This document shows, one piece after another, positions 24,879 to 34,241 of a stretch of 37,717 nucleotides of DNA. Position 1 is the stretch's first letter. The number at the start of each line of letters is the position of its first letter. A model generated the notes under the pieces. That model was not told where the DNA came from and searched no databases. It saw only the letters and a program-made list of their open reading frames with translations. The stretch covers positions 1-37,717 of IMG/VR virus record IMGVR_UViG_3300021411_000080. One strand, given 5' to 3'. Both the position numbers and the translations under genes were made by a program. The DNA is from a virus (lineage: Duplodnaviria; Caudoviricetes).

Positions 24879-25310
24879 TCAGCCTTCGATTTCAGCACCG
24901 ATGGCTTGTTCAACTGCCTCCGCGGCCATGTCGTGGCCGAGTTCGAAGGCGTCGCTCATGTAGTGCGAACCGACGATGTGCACGTGGGTGAGGGAAATCC
25001 AGCCGTCCCGGCCCAGGAACGTCATCAGCGGGTTGCCGTAGTTGTCCCCGCCGACGTTCTGGATGTTCGCGTACGGAATATCGCCGGGTGAGATCACCCA
25101 GCCGTCGCCGTCCGGCTCCTTGTGCATCGACGCCGCGAGCGCCCCGGTTTCTTTCGGGGCCGCGTCGAAAGCCGACTGCACAAACACGTCGGCACCGATA
25201 CCGAGACTTGCGGTGAGCCGCGGGGGCTCAATAGCGTTTTGGATACGATCGAGATCGTTCTTGACGCTATCGAGCCCCTCGAACACCACGTCAATGCGGA
25301 GTTCGGCCAT
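24879..25310 (-). CDS. HK97 gp10-like tail completion protein (143 aa)
   Basis: ATG 25310; APKETGALAAS, PYA.IQN.GG, YMSDAF motifs. Confidence 0.75.
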   Translation of the reverse strand: MAELRIDVVFEGLDSVKNDLDRIQNAIEPPRLTASLGIGADVFVQSAFDAAPKETGALAASMHKEPDGDGWVISPGDIPYANIQNVGGDNYGNPLMTFLGRDGWISLTHVHIVGSHYMSDAFELGHDMAAEAVEQAIGAEIEG

Positions 25311-25318
25311 CAGCTGGA

Positions 25319-26098
25319 TCAGGTGTAGACGACGGTCCGGGAAACGGCGACCATCGCGTTGAACGACGGGGTCGTGCCCGTGATGGTGCAGACCGCCTTC
25401 ACCTGGGCCGGCAGCGAGACACCGTTCGGCATGGTGAGCCGCTGCGCCTGGTTCGCCGTGGTGACCGCGGCGAACAGCGCGCCGGGGATGTCGGTCCAGG
25501 TGGTGCCGTCCGGGGAGCCCTGCAGCTTCGCGGTCAGCGACGGGGTCGTACCCGACACAGCGCCGACGTGCAGCTGCGCGGCCCAACCGCCGGTGGTCGC
25601 ACCACCGTTGGCGGTGTTGTCCAGCGGCAGGCCCGTGGTGGTCGCGGTGAGCGCGGCGATGGGGCTGATCAGGATGAACCCGGAGTCGATCGCGCCACGG
25701 GCATCGAACTCGGCGTCGATGTCGACGGCGCCCTTGAGCTTGACGTCGATGTCGTACTTGGTCAGCACTGACGGCATCAGGATCGCCGGCTGGAACACCG
25801 CTCCCACCGGAGCGGCCAGCCCAGCCGGGGCGGTCAGCGTGAGGACGTCGGCGGTCTGGCCGAACCGGGCGTTGACGATCTGGTCCAGGAAGTTGTACCC
25901 GGCGGCGTAGAAGCCCTTGAACTCCAGGGACGCCTTCTGAATGCCGGCCAGGTCGTAGGAGAAGTGGTCCCCGAACACCGTGGCGTCGATCTTCGCGGCA
26001 TCCCGCTTGATCTTGACCTCGTTGCCGTTTCCGGAGATGTCATAACCGTCGGCCCAGATGGCCAAGTTCCGGCCAACAAGAACGTTGCGCGTAGCCAT
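25319..26098 (-). CDS. Major tail protein with C-terminal accessory domain (259 aa)
   Basis: GYDISG..NEV......IDATVFGD.....LAG tube motif; position. Confidence 0.85.
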   Translation of the reverse strand: MATRNVLVGRNLAIWADGYDISGNGNEVKIKRDAAKIDATVFGDHFSYDLAGIQKASLEFKGFYAAGYNFLDQIVNARFGQTADVLTLTAPAGLAAPVGAVFQPAILMPSVLTKYDIDVKLKGAVDIDAEFDARGAIDSGFILISPIAALTATTTGLPLDNTANGGATTGGWAAQLHVGAVSGTTPSLTAKLQGSPDGTTWTDIPGALFAAVTTANQAQRLTMPNGVSLPAQVKAVCTITGTTPSFNAMVAVSRTVVYT

Positions 26099-26307
26099 TA
26101 TTCGGCCCCTTCATCAGTTTTGCCAGGTTGGCTAGACCCGGCGGGAGCCGGGACGATTAGCTGCCACTCCAGATATTTCTGGGTGTCTGGGTGCTCCCCG
26201 GGCCAATCCGCACCCGGTTCGAAATGAACGTCCCGTCCCGTACGTTCATCGGTGCGGTCGAACGGCTGATTTACGGCATACGTGGGCGCCGCGGCCTTGC
26301 TAGCCAT
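26098..26307 (-). CDS. Hypothetical protein (69 aa)
   Basis: AGGAG RBS; TAATG coupling to major tail gene. Confidence 0.7.
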   Translation of the reverse strand: MASKAAAPTYAVNQPFDRTDERTGRDVHFEPGADWPGEHPDTQKYLEWQLIVPAPAGSSQPGKTDEGAE

Positions 26308-26315
26308 GAGTTCTC

Positions 26316-26738
26316 CTAAGCGAACAGCTGGATAGCCAGCTGGAAACCCAAATACACCGTGCCGCCGACCTTGTAATTGCCGTAACGGCTCGCTGTCAGA
26401 ACCTCGATGTTGTTGCCGATCAGATCCGACAACGCGTCGCCGACATCCGTGGCCTGAAGACGGGTGATGAACACGCCGTCGTCGCTGAGGTAGTCATCCA
26501 GGATGTCCTGAGCGGACTCGATGTCTTGGCGGTTCGTGATGATCTCGACTACGAAGTTGTACTGAGTCAGGCCGCCACCGAACGTCTGCTGGTACTCGGC
26601 GTAGTTCTTGGACTTGTCCGGCGCGATCCAGGCGCACGGCACGTTCGCCGAGTCCGGGATCTTCGGGTAGATCGTCAGGTCATCGATGTTCCCGAGCCGG
26701 TCCACCAACGCTTGGCGCAGCGCCCTGGCTAGCAACAT
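26316..26738 (-). CDS. Tail terminator-like protein (140 aa)
   Basis: LRQAL..RL..I..L.IY..IPD....P.A, AQD.LDDYL; position. Confidence 0.7.
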   Translation of the reverse strand: MLLARALRQALVDRLGNIDDLTIYPKIPDSANVPCAWIAPDKSKNYAEYQQTFGGGLTQYNFVVEIITNRQDIESAQDILDDYLSDDGVFITRLQATDVGDALSDLIGNNIEVLTASRYGNYKVGGTVYLGFQLAIQLFA

Positions 26739-27469
26739 CAGGCCACGACCACGTCACGCAGGCCGCGTAGCAGCGAACACGCCATCGGCGACAGGCTGTG
26801 CGTCACCAACGAGCTGCGGGCACTGCCGAATGAACCCGTCGCCAGGCCCGTTGTGCCGGCGCTGCCGTTGGTGAAGTCCTTCGACTTGTAGTTGTCGATG
26901 GCAATCACCTGGCACGCCTGCGTGACCTGAGCCGGAACCGCCGGCCAACCCCAGTTCGCGGTGATGCGGACTCGAGCCCGGGGCATGCGCCCGTACAAGG
27001 TCTGCCCGTAACCACCGCCTGGGTAGCCGTAGCCGCCCGCGTAGCCGTAGCCATAGCCGTTGTAGGGGAAGCTGATCCACGGGTGCTTACGGGCGCCCGG
27101 GAAGAACTTCTGCCCGACCGCGACCACCCGGTTGAACGGGTAACCGGCCTGCGGAACCAGCGGTTCCGCCTGCCAGTCCGACGCCGCCCACAGGGTTTCG
27201 AACACCCCGTCGTTGTCGTCGTCCGTCTCGACCGTCATGCCGACGGTGGAGGCGTACGCGCCAGTCCAGACGTCGCCTGGATAGTCCGGTGCCAGCACTC
27301 GCGCGCTCGGCATGCCCGACGACCAGAACTGGTCACGACAATGCGTGTCGATCTGCCGCGACGCCGACGTGATCGCCATCTGCAGCAAGGCGTTCTTCGA
27401 GTCGTTCGAGATCTGCAGCGCGGACTTCAGCTGGTCGACGGTCAAGTAGTCCGTGACCGGGGCCGTCAT
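26738..27469 (-). CDS. Head-tail adaptor (gp6/gp15-like, 243 aa) with Gly/Tyr insertion
   Basis: YLTVDQLK..L.I....ALL..AI.SASR.ID..C, RVRITANWGWPAVP..V.QAC. Confidence 0.85.
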   Translation of the reverse strand: MTAPVTDYLTVDQLKSALQISNDSKNALLQMAITSASRQIDTHCRDQFWSSGMPSARVLAPDYPGDVWTGAYASTVGMTVETDDDNDGVFETLWAASDWQAEPLVPQAGYPFNRVVAVGQKFFPGARKHPWISFPYNGYGYGYAGGYGYPGGGYGQTLYGRMPRARVRITANWGWPAVPAQVTQACQVIAIDNYKSKDFTNGSAGTTGLATGSFGSARSSLVTHSLSPMACSLLRGLRDVVVA

Positions 27470-27471
27470 GG

Positions 27472-27744
27472 CTAGTAGGTCTTGTCGAACATCAGCGCGT
27501 CGAGGCTCGACGGCGCGTTCTGGACGATCAGGGTCGAATCGCTCTGGTCAGCCCGTACCTGGGCGACGATCTTCGCCCACACGTCGTACGGGTTGTCGTC
27601 GTAGGCAACGACAACGTAGGAGTTGGCACCCTCCAGCACGACAGTGCCCGTCGGGCCGATGATGCCGTAGGAGAACATGTACTGCGGAGGCCTCCACAGT
27701 TCGAAGTCCATCGACGCGATCCAGCCAAAGGCCTTATTCGTCAT
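27472..27744 (-). CDS. Hypothetical protein (90 aa)
   Basis: ATG 2 nt after upstream stop; packed in operon. Confidence 0.6.
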   Translation of the reverse strand: MTNKAFGWIASMDFELWRPPQYMFSYGIIGPTGTVVLEGANSYVVVAYDDNPYDVWAKIVAQVRADQSDSTLIVQNAPSSLDALMFDKTY

Positions 27745-27745
27745 G

Positions 27746-28108
27746 TCAGACCAGATCTCCAATGCCGACGATGGTCAGCGTCGGAGTGGTGCCGGTGACC
27801 GTGTAGTTCAGCCGGAAATACCGGTCCAGCGGCCCTACGGTCTTGGCAGCGGTGCTGCCGTTGGCGGTGAGCGCCGCGAACGCGCTGCCCACGTTGGTCC
27901 AGTTGGTGTTATCCGGGCTCGTCTGCGGCTGGATCGTCAGAGACGGGGTGGTGCCGCCCACGGCGCTGGCGGTGATGACGGCGCCCCGCAGCACGGCTGC
28001 GGACCCGACATCCACCGACGGGCTGTTGCCGCTCGCGGTGACGACAGCGCTGGCCAGGGTGTACTTCTCGCTGTAGACGAACCGGCCGTCCGCGCGCTGG
28101 TAAGACAT
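27746..28108 (-). CDS. Putative virion decoration beta-sandwich protein (120 aa)
   Basis: AGGAG RBS; similar to C-terminal domain of the major tail protein. Confidence 0.7.
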   Translation of the reverse strand: MSYQRADGRFVYSEKYTLASAVVTASGNSPSVDVGSAAVLRGAVITASAVGGTTPSLTIQPQTSPDNTNWTNVGSAFAALTANGSTAAKTVGPLDRYFRLNYTVTGTTPTLTIVGIGDLV

Positions 28109-28116
28109 GGGAGCTC

Positions 28117-28332
28117 CTAAACGGGGTTCTTGCGGGGACGACCGGGGCGCCGACGCACCTCGGGGGTTTGCATGCGCCGCTCGGGCGTCAGAACCGGCTC
28201 GACGGTGACGTACTCGGCGATGCGGGCCGACACCCACGCCTGCGCGGTCTCGGCCGGCACGTCAGCTTCGGCTCCGTCCGGCAGCATGAAGTTGCGGTTG
28301 GAGATCGCCGTCAGCATCCGGACTCGAGGCAT
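28117..28332 (-). CDS. Small head-region protein (71 aa)
   Basis: TGATG coupling; VRML.......G...DV....A..W....IAE pattern with basic RRPGRPRK tail. Confidence 0.7.
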   Translation of the reverse strand: MPRVRMLTAISNRNFMLPDGAEADVPAETAQAWVSARIAEYVTVEPVLTPERRMQTPEVRRRPGRPRKNPV

Positions 28333-28589
28333 CAGACGTGCGGCTTCGGGAAGTAGTCGATGAGGTCTTCCGGCGGCATCTCGCCGTCGTTGTTCCAGCC
28401 AGCTGCCTTGTCCGCGTCCGAAGCCCCCTCTTGGACGAGGAGGCGGAATGCTGGCTCCGTGGGAGATCCGTCAGGCTGACGAGCCACCTTCTGCACCTGG
28501 ACCACGGGGGTATCGGGCGCTTCAGGAGCGTCCGGCTCAGGGCTGGCCGCCGGCTTGGCGGCTGGCTTCCTAGCTGCGCGTGCGGCCAT
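28332..28589 (-). CDS. Hypothetical protein (85 aa)
   Basis: GGAGG RBS before ATG 28589. Confidence 0.65.
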   Translation of the reverse strand: MAARAARKPAAKPAASPEPDAPEAPDTPVVQVQKVARQPDGSPTEPAFRLLVQEGASDADKAAGWNNDGEMPPEDLIDYFPKPHV

Positions 28590-28613
28590 GCCTATTGCCC
28601 TCCGAGATGAGGT

Positions 28614-28659
28614 GGAAACCGCGAACACCCCCGCCGGGGAGCAACGGGGGTGTTCGCGG
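28614..28659 (-). terminator. Terminator after major capsid gene
   Basis: 15-bp perfect inverted repeat CCGCGAACACCCCCG/CGGGGGTGTTCGCGG followed by TTT on minus strand. Confidence 0.75.
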
Positions 28660-28674
28660 GACTAACGGGGTGGA

Positions 28675-29967
28675 TCAGGCGTGGTGCTGGAAGGAAGCGA
28701 CTGCGTTGGTGTCCTGCAGGGTTGCGTCCAAACGGGTGAAGATCAAGAACCCAATCTGGAGTGAGTCCATATACCTCTCGCCAAACCGGACCATGTTCAT
28801 GTCCAGCACCTGGCGAACCACGTACGCCCGGCGGAAGTCACCGAACAGGATTGACTTCGCCGAAGCGGCCGGGACAGGCATGGCCTGGTCGATGAAGTAC
28901 GGCTGACCGTTGATCGTCGGAGCCATGCCCGGCACCGGCACGGGCACCCACAGCGGGTGACCCTGCGAGTCCTTGATCTTCCGGATGACGGCCAGGGTGG
29001 CGTCGTTCATCATGAACCGGCAGTTGTTGCGGTACGCCGGGTCGAGCGAGTGCTCCAGGTCGATCAGGTTGTCGTAGGTGATCGACGTGGTGTCCGCGCC
29101 GGTGACCGAGACGGTGGCGTTGGTGGCCACACCCAGCGGCTGGCTCGAGCCAGTGCCGGTCACCAGGTCCGCCGCGACCTTGCGGCCGATGCGGGTGCCC
29201 AGGTGATCCGGTAGCCACGTGTTCAGATCGAACACCGAGTCCTGCAGGATCTGAACCGACGCCAGCGCGATACCCGAGTCGTACAGGTAGGCGCCCAGGG
29301 TCGCGGTGCCGAACGTGAAGTTCGCGTTCGGCGCGGTGTTCGTTTCCGGCAGGATGGCACCCAGGTTGCTGGTGTCGTCGGAGGTCGGCCACTGCAGCGG
29401 GTTGCCAGTCGAGGTGTTGATGACGGTCGCGTAGCCGAGCAGGCCACCGAACGCCTTCATGCGCTCGATGATGATCTGCCGGTAGCCCGGTGGGATCAGG
29501 TAACCACCAGCGGAGTTCGGGCTGACCGTCTGGCCAGCACTAACGCGCGCCTCCTGGCCAGGCTGAACGCGGTTCGCGGCAAGAAGCTGCCGGTGCTCCA
29601 GCTCCATCTCTCCAGTGCCGCCACGTACGTACGCCTCGAACGCCTTGGCGTACTCGGCGTCCTGGGCGGCCTTGCGCTCCTCCGAGGACAACTCCGGGGT
29701 CTCGACGGCGCTTCCGGCACGGGTCTGCACGACGGTGGAGTAATCCACCTCGTCTGCCCGGTGCGCCCTGGCCGCGCGTGTGGCGTCGGCCTCCAGCTCG
29801 GTGACCTTCGCCTCGAGCTCGTCGGCCCGCGTGCTGGCGGTGTCGAAGTTGGTCCGCTGCTCAGCGGTCCACTCACCGGCCGCCTCGGTCTCGCCGAGGA
29901 TCTCGTTCATGCGGTGCGAGAGCCCCATGAGCTCCTCGCGGTACCGCTTGTTCTGCTCGTTACTCAC
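28675..29967 (-). CDS. Major capsid protein, HK97 family (430 aa; alternative start 29991)
   Basis: Coiled delta domain, GGYLIP, GTGSSQPLG, IRKIKDSQGHPLW, ILFGDF, RLD motifs; GAAAGGA RBS. Confidence 0.96.
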   Translation of the reverse strand: MSNEQNKRYREELMGLSHRMNEILGETEAAGEWTAEQRTNFDTASTRADELEAKVTELEADATRAARAHRADEVDYSTVVQTRAGSAVETPELSSEERKAAQDAEYAKAFEAYVRGGTGEMELEHRQLLAANRVQPGQEARVSAGQTVSPNSAGGYLIPPGYRQIIIERMKAFGGLLGYATVINTSTGNPLQWPTSDDTSNLGAILPETNTAPNANFTFGTATLGAYLYDSGIALASVQILQDSVFDLNTWLPDHLGTRIGRKVAADLVTGTGSSQPLGVATNATVSVTGADTTSITYDNLIDLEHSLDPAYRNNCRFMMNDATLAVIRKIKDSQGHPLWVPVPVPGMAPTINGQPYFIDQAMPVPAASAKSILFGDFRRAYVVRQVLDMNMVRFGERYMDSLQIGFLIFTRLDATLQDTNAVASFQHHA

Positions 29968-29998
29968 GTTGGATCGCGTCCTTTCCGGCACGCCAACA

Positions 29999-30024
29999 AC
30001 CCCCGTGCGCCATGCGCCGGGGGT
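29999..30024 (-). terminator. Hairpin between protease and capsid genes
   Basis: ACCCCCG-T-GCGC-CAT-GCGC-CGGGGGT stem; followed by TGTT on minus strand. Confidence 0.45.
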
Positions 30025-30041
30025 CGAAAGGGTTTGGTGGG

Positions 30042-31205
30042 TTAGGCAGCCAGGGTTAGGCGGACCGCGAGAGTGCGGGCCTTCGCCATGGCGGTGTACT
30101 GCTCAGCATCAAAGTCCCGAGTGGACGCGGCCGGCTCGGTGGTCTGCGCTGCTACTTGCTGGTCAAGCGGCTGAGTGGTCTCTCCCGGCTCATCGCTCGA
30201 CTTGCTCTCGCTCGAAGTGTCGACGCCGAACTTGGTCAGCGCCGCCTTGATCTTCGCCTTGATAGAGGCCAGTTGCGACGCGGTGTACTCGGCCGCGTTG
30301 CTGGCCTTGTTGATGTACGCCCACGCGCTTTTCGCGTGCGCTTCAGTGTCAACGGGATACCGCGACTTTCCGTCCGCCTGGTATCCCGGGTCGGCGTAGG
30401 TGACATCGCCGTAGGGCTTCTTCGGGTCGCGCTCCTCGAACGGCTCCATCGCGCCAGCGTCAGCGACGATCGGAGTGTCCGTACCGAGCACCTCACCGGG
30501 CAGATCGCCAAGACGAACCGACAGATCGATAACCGTCGGCGCCAGCTCCGGGTCATAGCCCAGCAGCGGGCCAAGCTCCGGGCGGTGGTGCACCGCGCGG
30601 GCGATCGCGTCGATGTCGCCACGACGCCGCAGCGCCGGCACCAGCGAGAACCGCAGCCCGGCGTCCGTCTCCTCGTAGGCCGGGAACGTGACCGCGCTGA
30701 CCTCGATCAGCTTCACCTCGCGGATGGTGCGCACTTCGACGGCAACCGGGTCGCCACTCGCGGAACGCTCCTCTTCCTCGGCCCAGTCGTCTTTCATGAC
30801 CTGGAAACCGAAGCTCATGCCCCGGATGTTGCCGTTATCCAGGTTGGCGACCAGGTCGTTGACGTAGGACAGCCGCTGGTCCAGCACCGAGTCGGTGTAG
30901 AGCCCGCGAGTGTTCTGCGACAGCGTCAGCGTGCCAGCGCTGGCCCGGGACACCACGTGGTAGCTCGAGTGGTCGATCAGGAACCGGGCGTCGGTCTCGC
31001 CGAGGGTCTTCGTGAAGGCACCCGGAGCCACCGACTCGTAGAAACCCACGGTGCGGGGGTTCCCGATCGCGGTGCGCACGTTGAACAGCGCCGCGTGACC
31101 ACCGAACCTCCGCGCATCGGTTCCCGAGGGGTCCGCAACGGTCACACCGGCGTCGGAAAGGACCAGATCACGACGCTCTTCACCAGTCGGCAGGCTAGAA
31201 AGCAT
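30042..31205 (-). CDS. HK97 prohead protease fused to DUF6582-like domain (alternative start 31223)
   Basis: GHAALFN, E.VAPGAF, LIDH, GMSFGF, LIEVSAVTFPAY; C-terminal KKPYGDVTYADPGYQADGKSRYPVDTE.HA.SAW.YIN. Confidence 0.9.
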   Translation of the reverse strand: MLSSLPTGEERRDLVLSDAGVTVADPSGTDARRFGGHAALFNVRTAIGNPRTVGFYESVAPGAFTKTLGETDARFLIDHSSYHVVSRASAGTLTLSQNTRGLYTDSVLDQRLSYVNDLVANLDNGNIRGMSFGFQVMKDDWAEEEERSASGDPVAVEVRTIREVKLIEVSAVTFPAYEETDAGLRFSLVPALRRRGDIDAIARAVHHRPELGPLLGYDPELAPTVIDLSVRLGDLPGEVLGTDTPIVADAGAMEPFEERDPKKPYGDVTYADPGYQADGKSRYPVDTEAHAKSAWAYINKASNAAEYTASQLASIKAKIKAALTKFGVDTSSESKSSDEPGETTQPLDQQVAAQTTEPAASTRDFDAEQYTAMAKARTLAVRLTLAA

Positions 31206-31226
31206 CGCCGATCCTTCCTTCATCTG

Positions 31227-32471
31227 TTATCCGCCGTCAGACGGGCCGAGAGACGAACCGCCGATAACCGGGTCGGTGCCGAGCGGCGCGTTCAGCGGGG
31301 TGGCCGACATCGGCTCCATGTACACGTCGCCACCGTCGCGCGGCGGCAGGTCTTCCTGATCGCGGATCTCGTTCGGATTCAGCACGCCCATCTCGAACAT
31401 GACCCGGTAGTACTCGGCGCGGGCGATCGAGTCGCCGCGCAACAGCCGGTCGATGTCGTAGCGGGCGGTCTGACCAGCGGGAAGTAGCTCTTTCGTGATC
31501 CGCTGCTCGGCCGGGGCCAGCCAGTTGGGGTGTAGGTCGAACTGGTTGAAGCCCCGCGCCTGCTGCTCAAGACCGCTACCCCACGACGTGGTCTTGTCGG
31601 TCTGGTACATCAAATACGGCGGAATGCCGAAGAACCGCGCCGCCTCTGTGACTTGGAAGTCGCGGGACTCGAGCATCTGCGCGTCGTCGGCCGGCATCGT
31701 CAAGCTCTGGAACTTCGCACCCGAGTCGATCACCGCGATCTTGTGCGCCCCGTCGATGCCGGAGAACTTCTCCGCCCAGCGGGCCTGCAGCGACTCCGCC
31801 TGTGACTGGTCAAGTTCGGCCTCGGTGGACAGCAGGCCGTTGAGCATGTTGCCGGATTTGAACAGTCGCGCGGCGGTAGCTTCAGCGGCCTGCGCCATCC
31901 CGATCGCCTGCGCGGCCATCCGGACTGGGGAGATCCCGGCGATGCCGTTGTAACCGATCCCGGGGATGTGCATGACCTCGTTCGGGGTCAGCGTGGTCAT
32001 CGTGCCGTCCAGCTGAGTGATCCTGAAGATCTTCCCGGCCGGGTTCTGCGCGATCGCCTTCACCGGGTACACCACCACTCGGTCCGGCTGGATCGGGTTC
32101 AGGTAGGCGAGACGGCCGCCCTTCTTGTACACCTTTTGCGAGAAGCAATTGCCCCACAGGCAGCGGTGCGCGGCCATCAGCCGCCAGTACTCGAGCGGCG
32201 TCATGTCCGGATGCGGGTCATCCAGGATCGTGCCGGTGACCGGCTTCTTGGTGATGTCGTCGATCGCGTTCAACGGGAGCGATCCAGCGAGCCCGGAGAT
32301 GAGGCTGACGGCCCGGTAGACGGCCGACATGTTCATTGCCGTGTACTCAGTGACCGGGACGCCCGAATCGGTCGGCTGGCCGCCGAACAGGCCCAACAGC
32401 GACAGCGAGTTCAGCGGAACGAGCGGGTTTTCCAGGTTCGCCCGACGCTCGCGGAGATTGAAGAGGCCCAT
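31227..32471 (-). CDS. Portal protein, HK97 family (414 aa)
   Basis: SAVYRAV.LIS, LWGN.F, EVMHI, GISP, DAQMLESR.F, ARFFGIPP, NEIR..EDLPP.DGGD. Confidence 0.97.
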   Translation of the reverse strand: MGLFNLRERRANLENPLVPLNSLSLLGLFGGQPTDSGVPVTEYTAMNMSAVYRAVSLISGLAGSLPLNAIDDITKKPVTGTILDDPHPDMTPLEYWRLMAAHRCLWGNCFSQKVYKKGGRLAYLNPIQPDRVVVYPVKAIAQNPAGKIFRITQLDGTMTTLTPNEVMHIPGIGYNGIAGISPVRMAAQAIGMAQAAEATAARLFKSGNMLNGLLSTEAELDQSQAESLQARWAEKFSGIDGAHKIAVIDSGAKFQSLTMPADDAQMLESRDFQVTEAARFFGIPPYLMYQTDKTTSWGSGLEQQARGFNQFDLHPNWLAPAEQRITKELLPAGQTARYDIDRLLRGDSIARAEYYRVMFEMGVLNPNEIRDQEDLPPRDGGDVYMEPMSATPLNAPLGTDPVIGGSSLGPSDGG

Positions 32472-32641
32472 CAGCGTTGCGCCTGCCTGCGGCCGGTCTC
32501 CGCGATCGACCAGCGCTCACAGGCCACCACAACGGCCGCTCCGGCGACCAGGAACGCCGCCGGGACGTAAATCAGCGCTACACCGGCCACGAACAGGGCA
32601 CATCCGATGATTTCGAAGGTCAAAAGGAGCCATTGCGGCAT
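32471..32641 (-). CDS. Small two-TM membrane protein before portal (56 aa)
   Basis: Not in track; MPQWLLLTFEIIGCALFVAGVALIYVPAAFLVAGAAVVVACERW; TGATG coupling to portal. Confidence 0.75.
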   Translation of the reverse strand: MPQWLLLTFEIIGCALFVAGVALIYVPAAFLVAGAAVVVACERWSIAETGRRQAQR

Positions 32642-32654
32642 ATCTAGGCCCCTT

Positions 32655-34241
32655 TCACCACAAGTTGGGCACTTTTCGCTTCGCCAGCGACCCGTGTTCG
32701 ATGGCCCAACCGCGGGCTTCGTAGGCCAAAAGCGCGGCCATGAAGGCCGAAATTGACTGTGCGTGAGACTTTTTCACGATGCGTTGGTAGTGCTCAGGCT
32801 GCCCAGGAACCCGTTCCTCGGCCGTGGAACGCCGCTTTCCGTTGGCCAAAGCGGCCCCGGCGGCGTGCATGGTGAGGATTTCGGTGCCGTCGTGGGTCAG
32901 TTCGTCGCCTCGGTGGGCGGTTTGGAACCGTTCCACGAGCTGATCCATGCGTAGCTCGGAGTTGGTCCACAGTTCGTAGACCTTCTTCGGATACTGGCCG
33001 TCCCAGACGTTGACCTCGGTCTGCCAGCCGGTCGGAGTGCAGAACATGGCCTCGACTTCGAAGGCCTTGAACGCATCCCGGACGGCCTGGTGGACTTCCT
33101 CGCGCGGAACGGTCCAATCGGCCTCGCCGGGGGCCCGTTCCCACGTCCTGAGGTGGTAAATGCGGCCGTCAGACAGCCGTGAGGCGCACAACGAGGTGGC
33201 GTCGCGGTTCTGGGACCCGTGGAAGCCCAACGCGACCTGCTGGCGCTTCTGGAGCGGCTCGCTGGAGTCCCTCTGGGCCGTCCATTTGATCATGTCGACG
33301 GCGTCGCGCGAACCGACCGTGACCTCGTTGAGGTAGAACCGCCGTGACTCGCCCTCGCCGGTGCTCGGGTCACGTATTTCTTCCATGATCCGCTCGATTC
33401 GGACCCATCCGCCGTTCTCGATGGCCGAATCGCCGTAGACATAGACCAGTTCGGCCCGCAGTGCCTGGTCGTCGTCCAGATCAACCCGCACCCGGGGCTG
33501 CCGGTAGTCCAAGAAGACGCCGGGAGCCTTCGATTCCCACGTCATCTGAGCCACCGAGCGCTCTGACGGGTCGTAGGCGTTCGTGAGCTCCATCCACCGG
33601 CCGTCCATGCCGGCCAAACCGCGTTTCATGGTGCGCGCCAGAGTCACGCCGCCGGACGATTCGGTGTACAGACCCGACTCAGTAAAGGTGGCGAAGGTGA
33701 TCCGAGCGCCCAGGCGACTCTTCGCCGCCGCCGTGACGGGCTCGATGCGTCCACCATCGGGCAAATTCACCCTGGTCAGGCCCACATCCAGGCCCGGGGT
33801 GTTCGCGGCGGGGCCTTCCGAGAGCATCGTGAAGATCGGGCGGAACGTGTTGTCCACCTGGTCTTCGGAGTTGGCCGCGCACTGGATCCAGGGCGTCGGC
33901 ATCGGAGCGCCGACCGGCTCTCCACTTGCGTCCCAGCCGGCGAACCGCACCGGGCCGAGCGCTTGAGCACACGCTTGCGCGGCCGCCAGCGGGTCCTTGC
34001 CGGATTTCTGTGGGCGGACCAGCAGCGAGCCGTAGAACGTGAACGCCTGCGAGCCCATCTCGGGCCGGGCATTCGGCTTGAGCTGGTACGACTTCATAAT
34101 GTGCCACTGCTGCTCGGGCGTCAGCAGGAACGGCTCACCCCTGCGAGGGCCATCCGGGACGATGAGGTTCGCTTCGATCCAGTCGATGACCTCGAAGCCC
34201 AACGTCGGCCAGCTGTCACCGTCTCCCCCGTTCCAAGGCAT
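32655..34241 (-). CDS. terL: Terminase large subunit (528 aa)
   Basis: PTLGFEVIDWIE, Walker A RPQKSGKD, TES (Walker B region), LTNA, RRFYLN; GGAGGT RBS and TAATG coupling at 34241. Confidence 0.93.
   Translation of the reverse strand: MPWNGGDGDSWPTLGFEVIDWIEANLIVPDGPRRGEPFLLTPEQQWHIMKSYQLKPNARPEMGSQAFTFYGSLLVRPQKSGKDPLAAAQACAQALGPVRFAGWDASGEPVGAPMPTPWIQCAANSEDQVDNTFRPIFTMLSEGPAANTPGLDVGLTRVNLPDGGRIEPVTAAAKSRLGARITFATFTESGLYTESSGGVTLARTMKRGLAGMDGRWMELTNAYDPSERSVAQMTWESKAPGVFLDYRQPRVRVDLDDDQALRAELVYVYGDSAIENGGWVRIERIMEEIRDPSTGEGESRRFYLNEVTVGSRDAVDMIKWTAQRDSSEPLQKRQQVALGFHGSQNRDATSLCASRLSDGRIYHLRTWERAPGEADWTVPREEVHQAVRDAFKAFEVEAMFCTPTGWQTEVNVWDGQYPKKVYELWTNSELRMDQLVERFQTAHRGDELTHDGTEILTMHAAGAALANGKRRSTAEERVPGQPEHYQRIVKKSHAQSISAFMAALLAYEARGWAIEHGSLAKRKVPNLW

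Noticed and set aside
30156-31487. 443-aa plus-strand ORF
   Set aside because: Antisense to protease and portal; Arg-rich off-frame composition.
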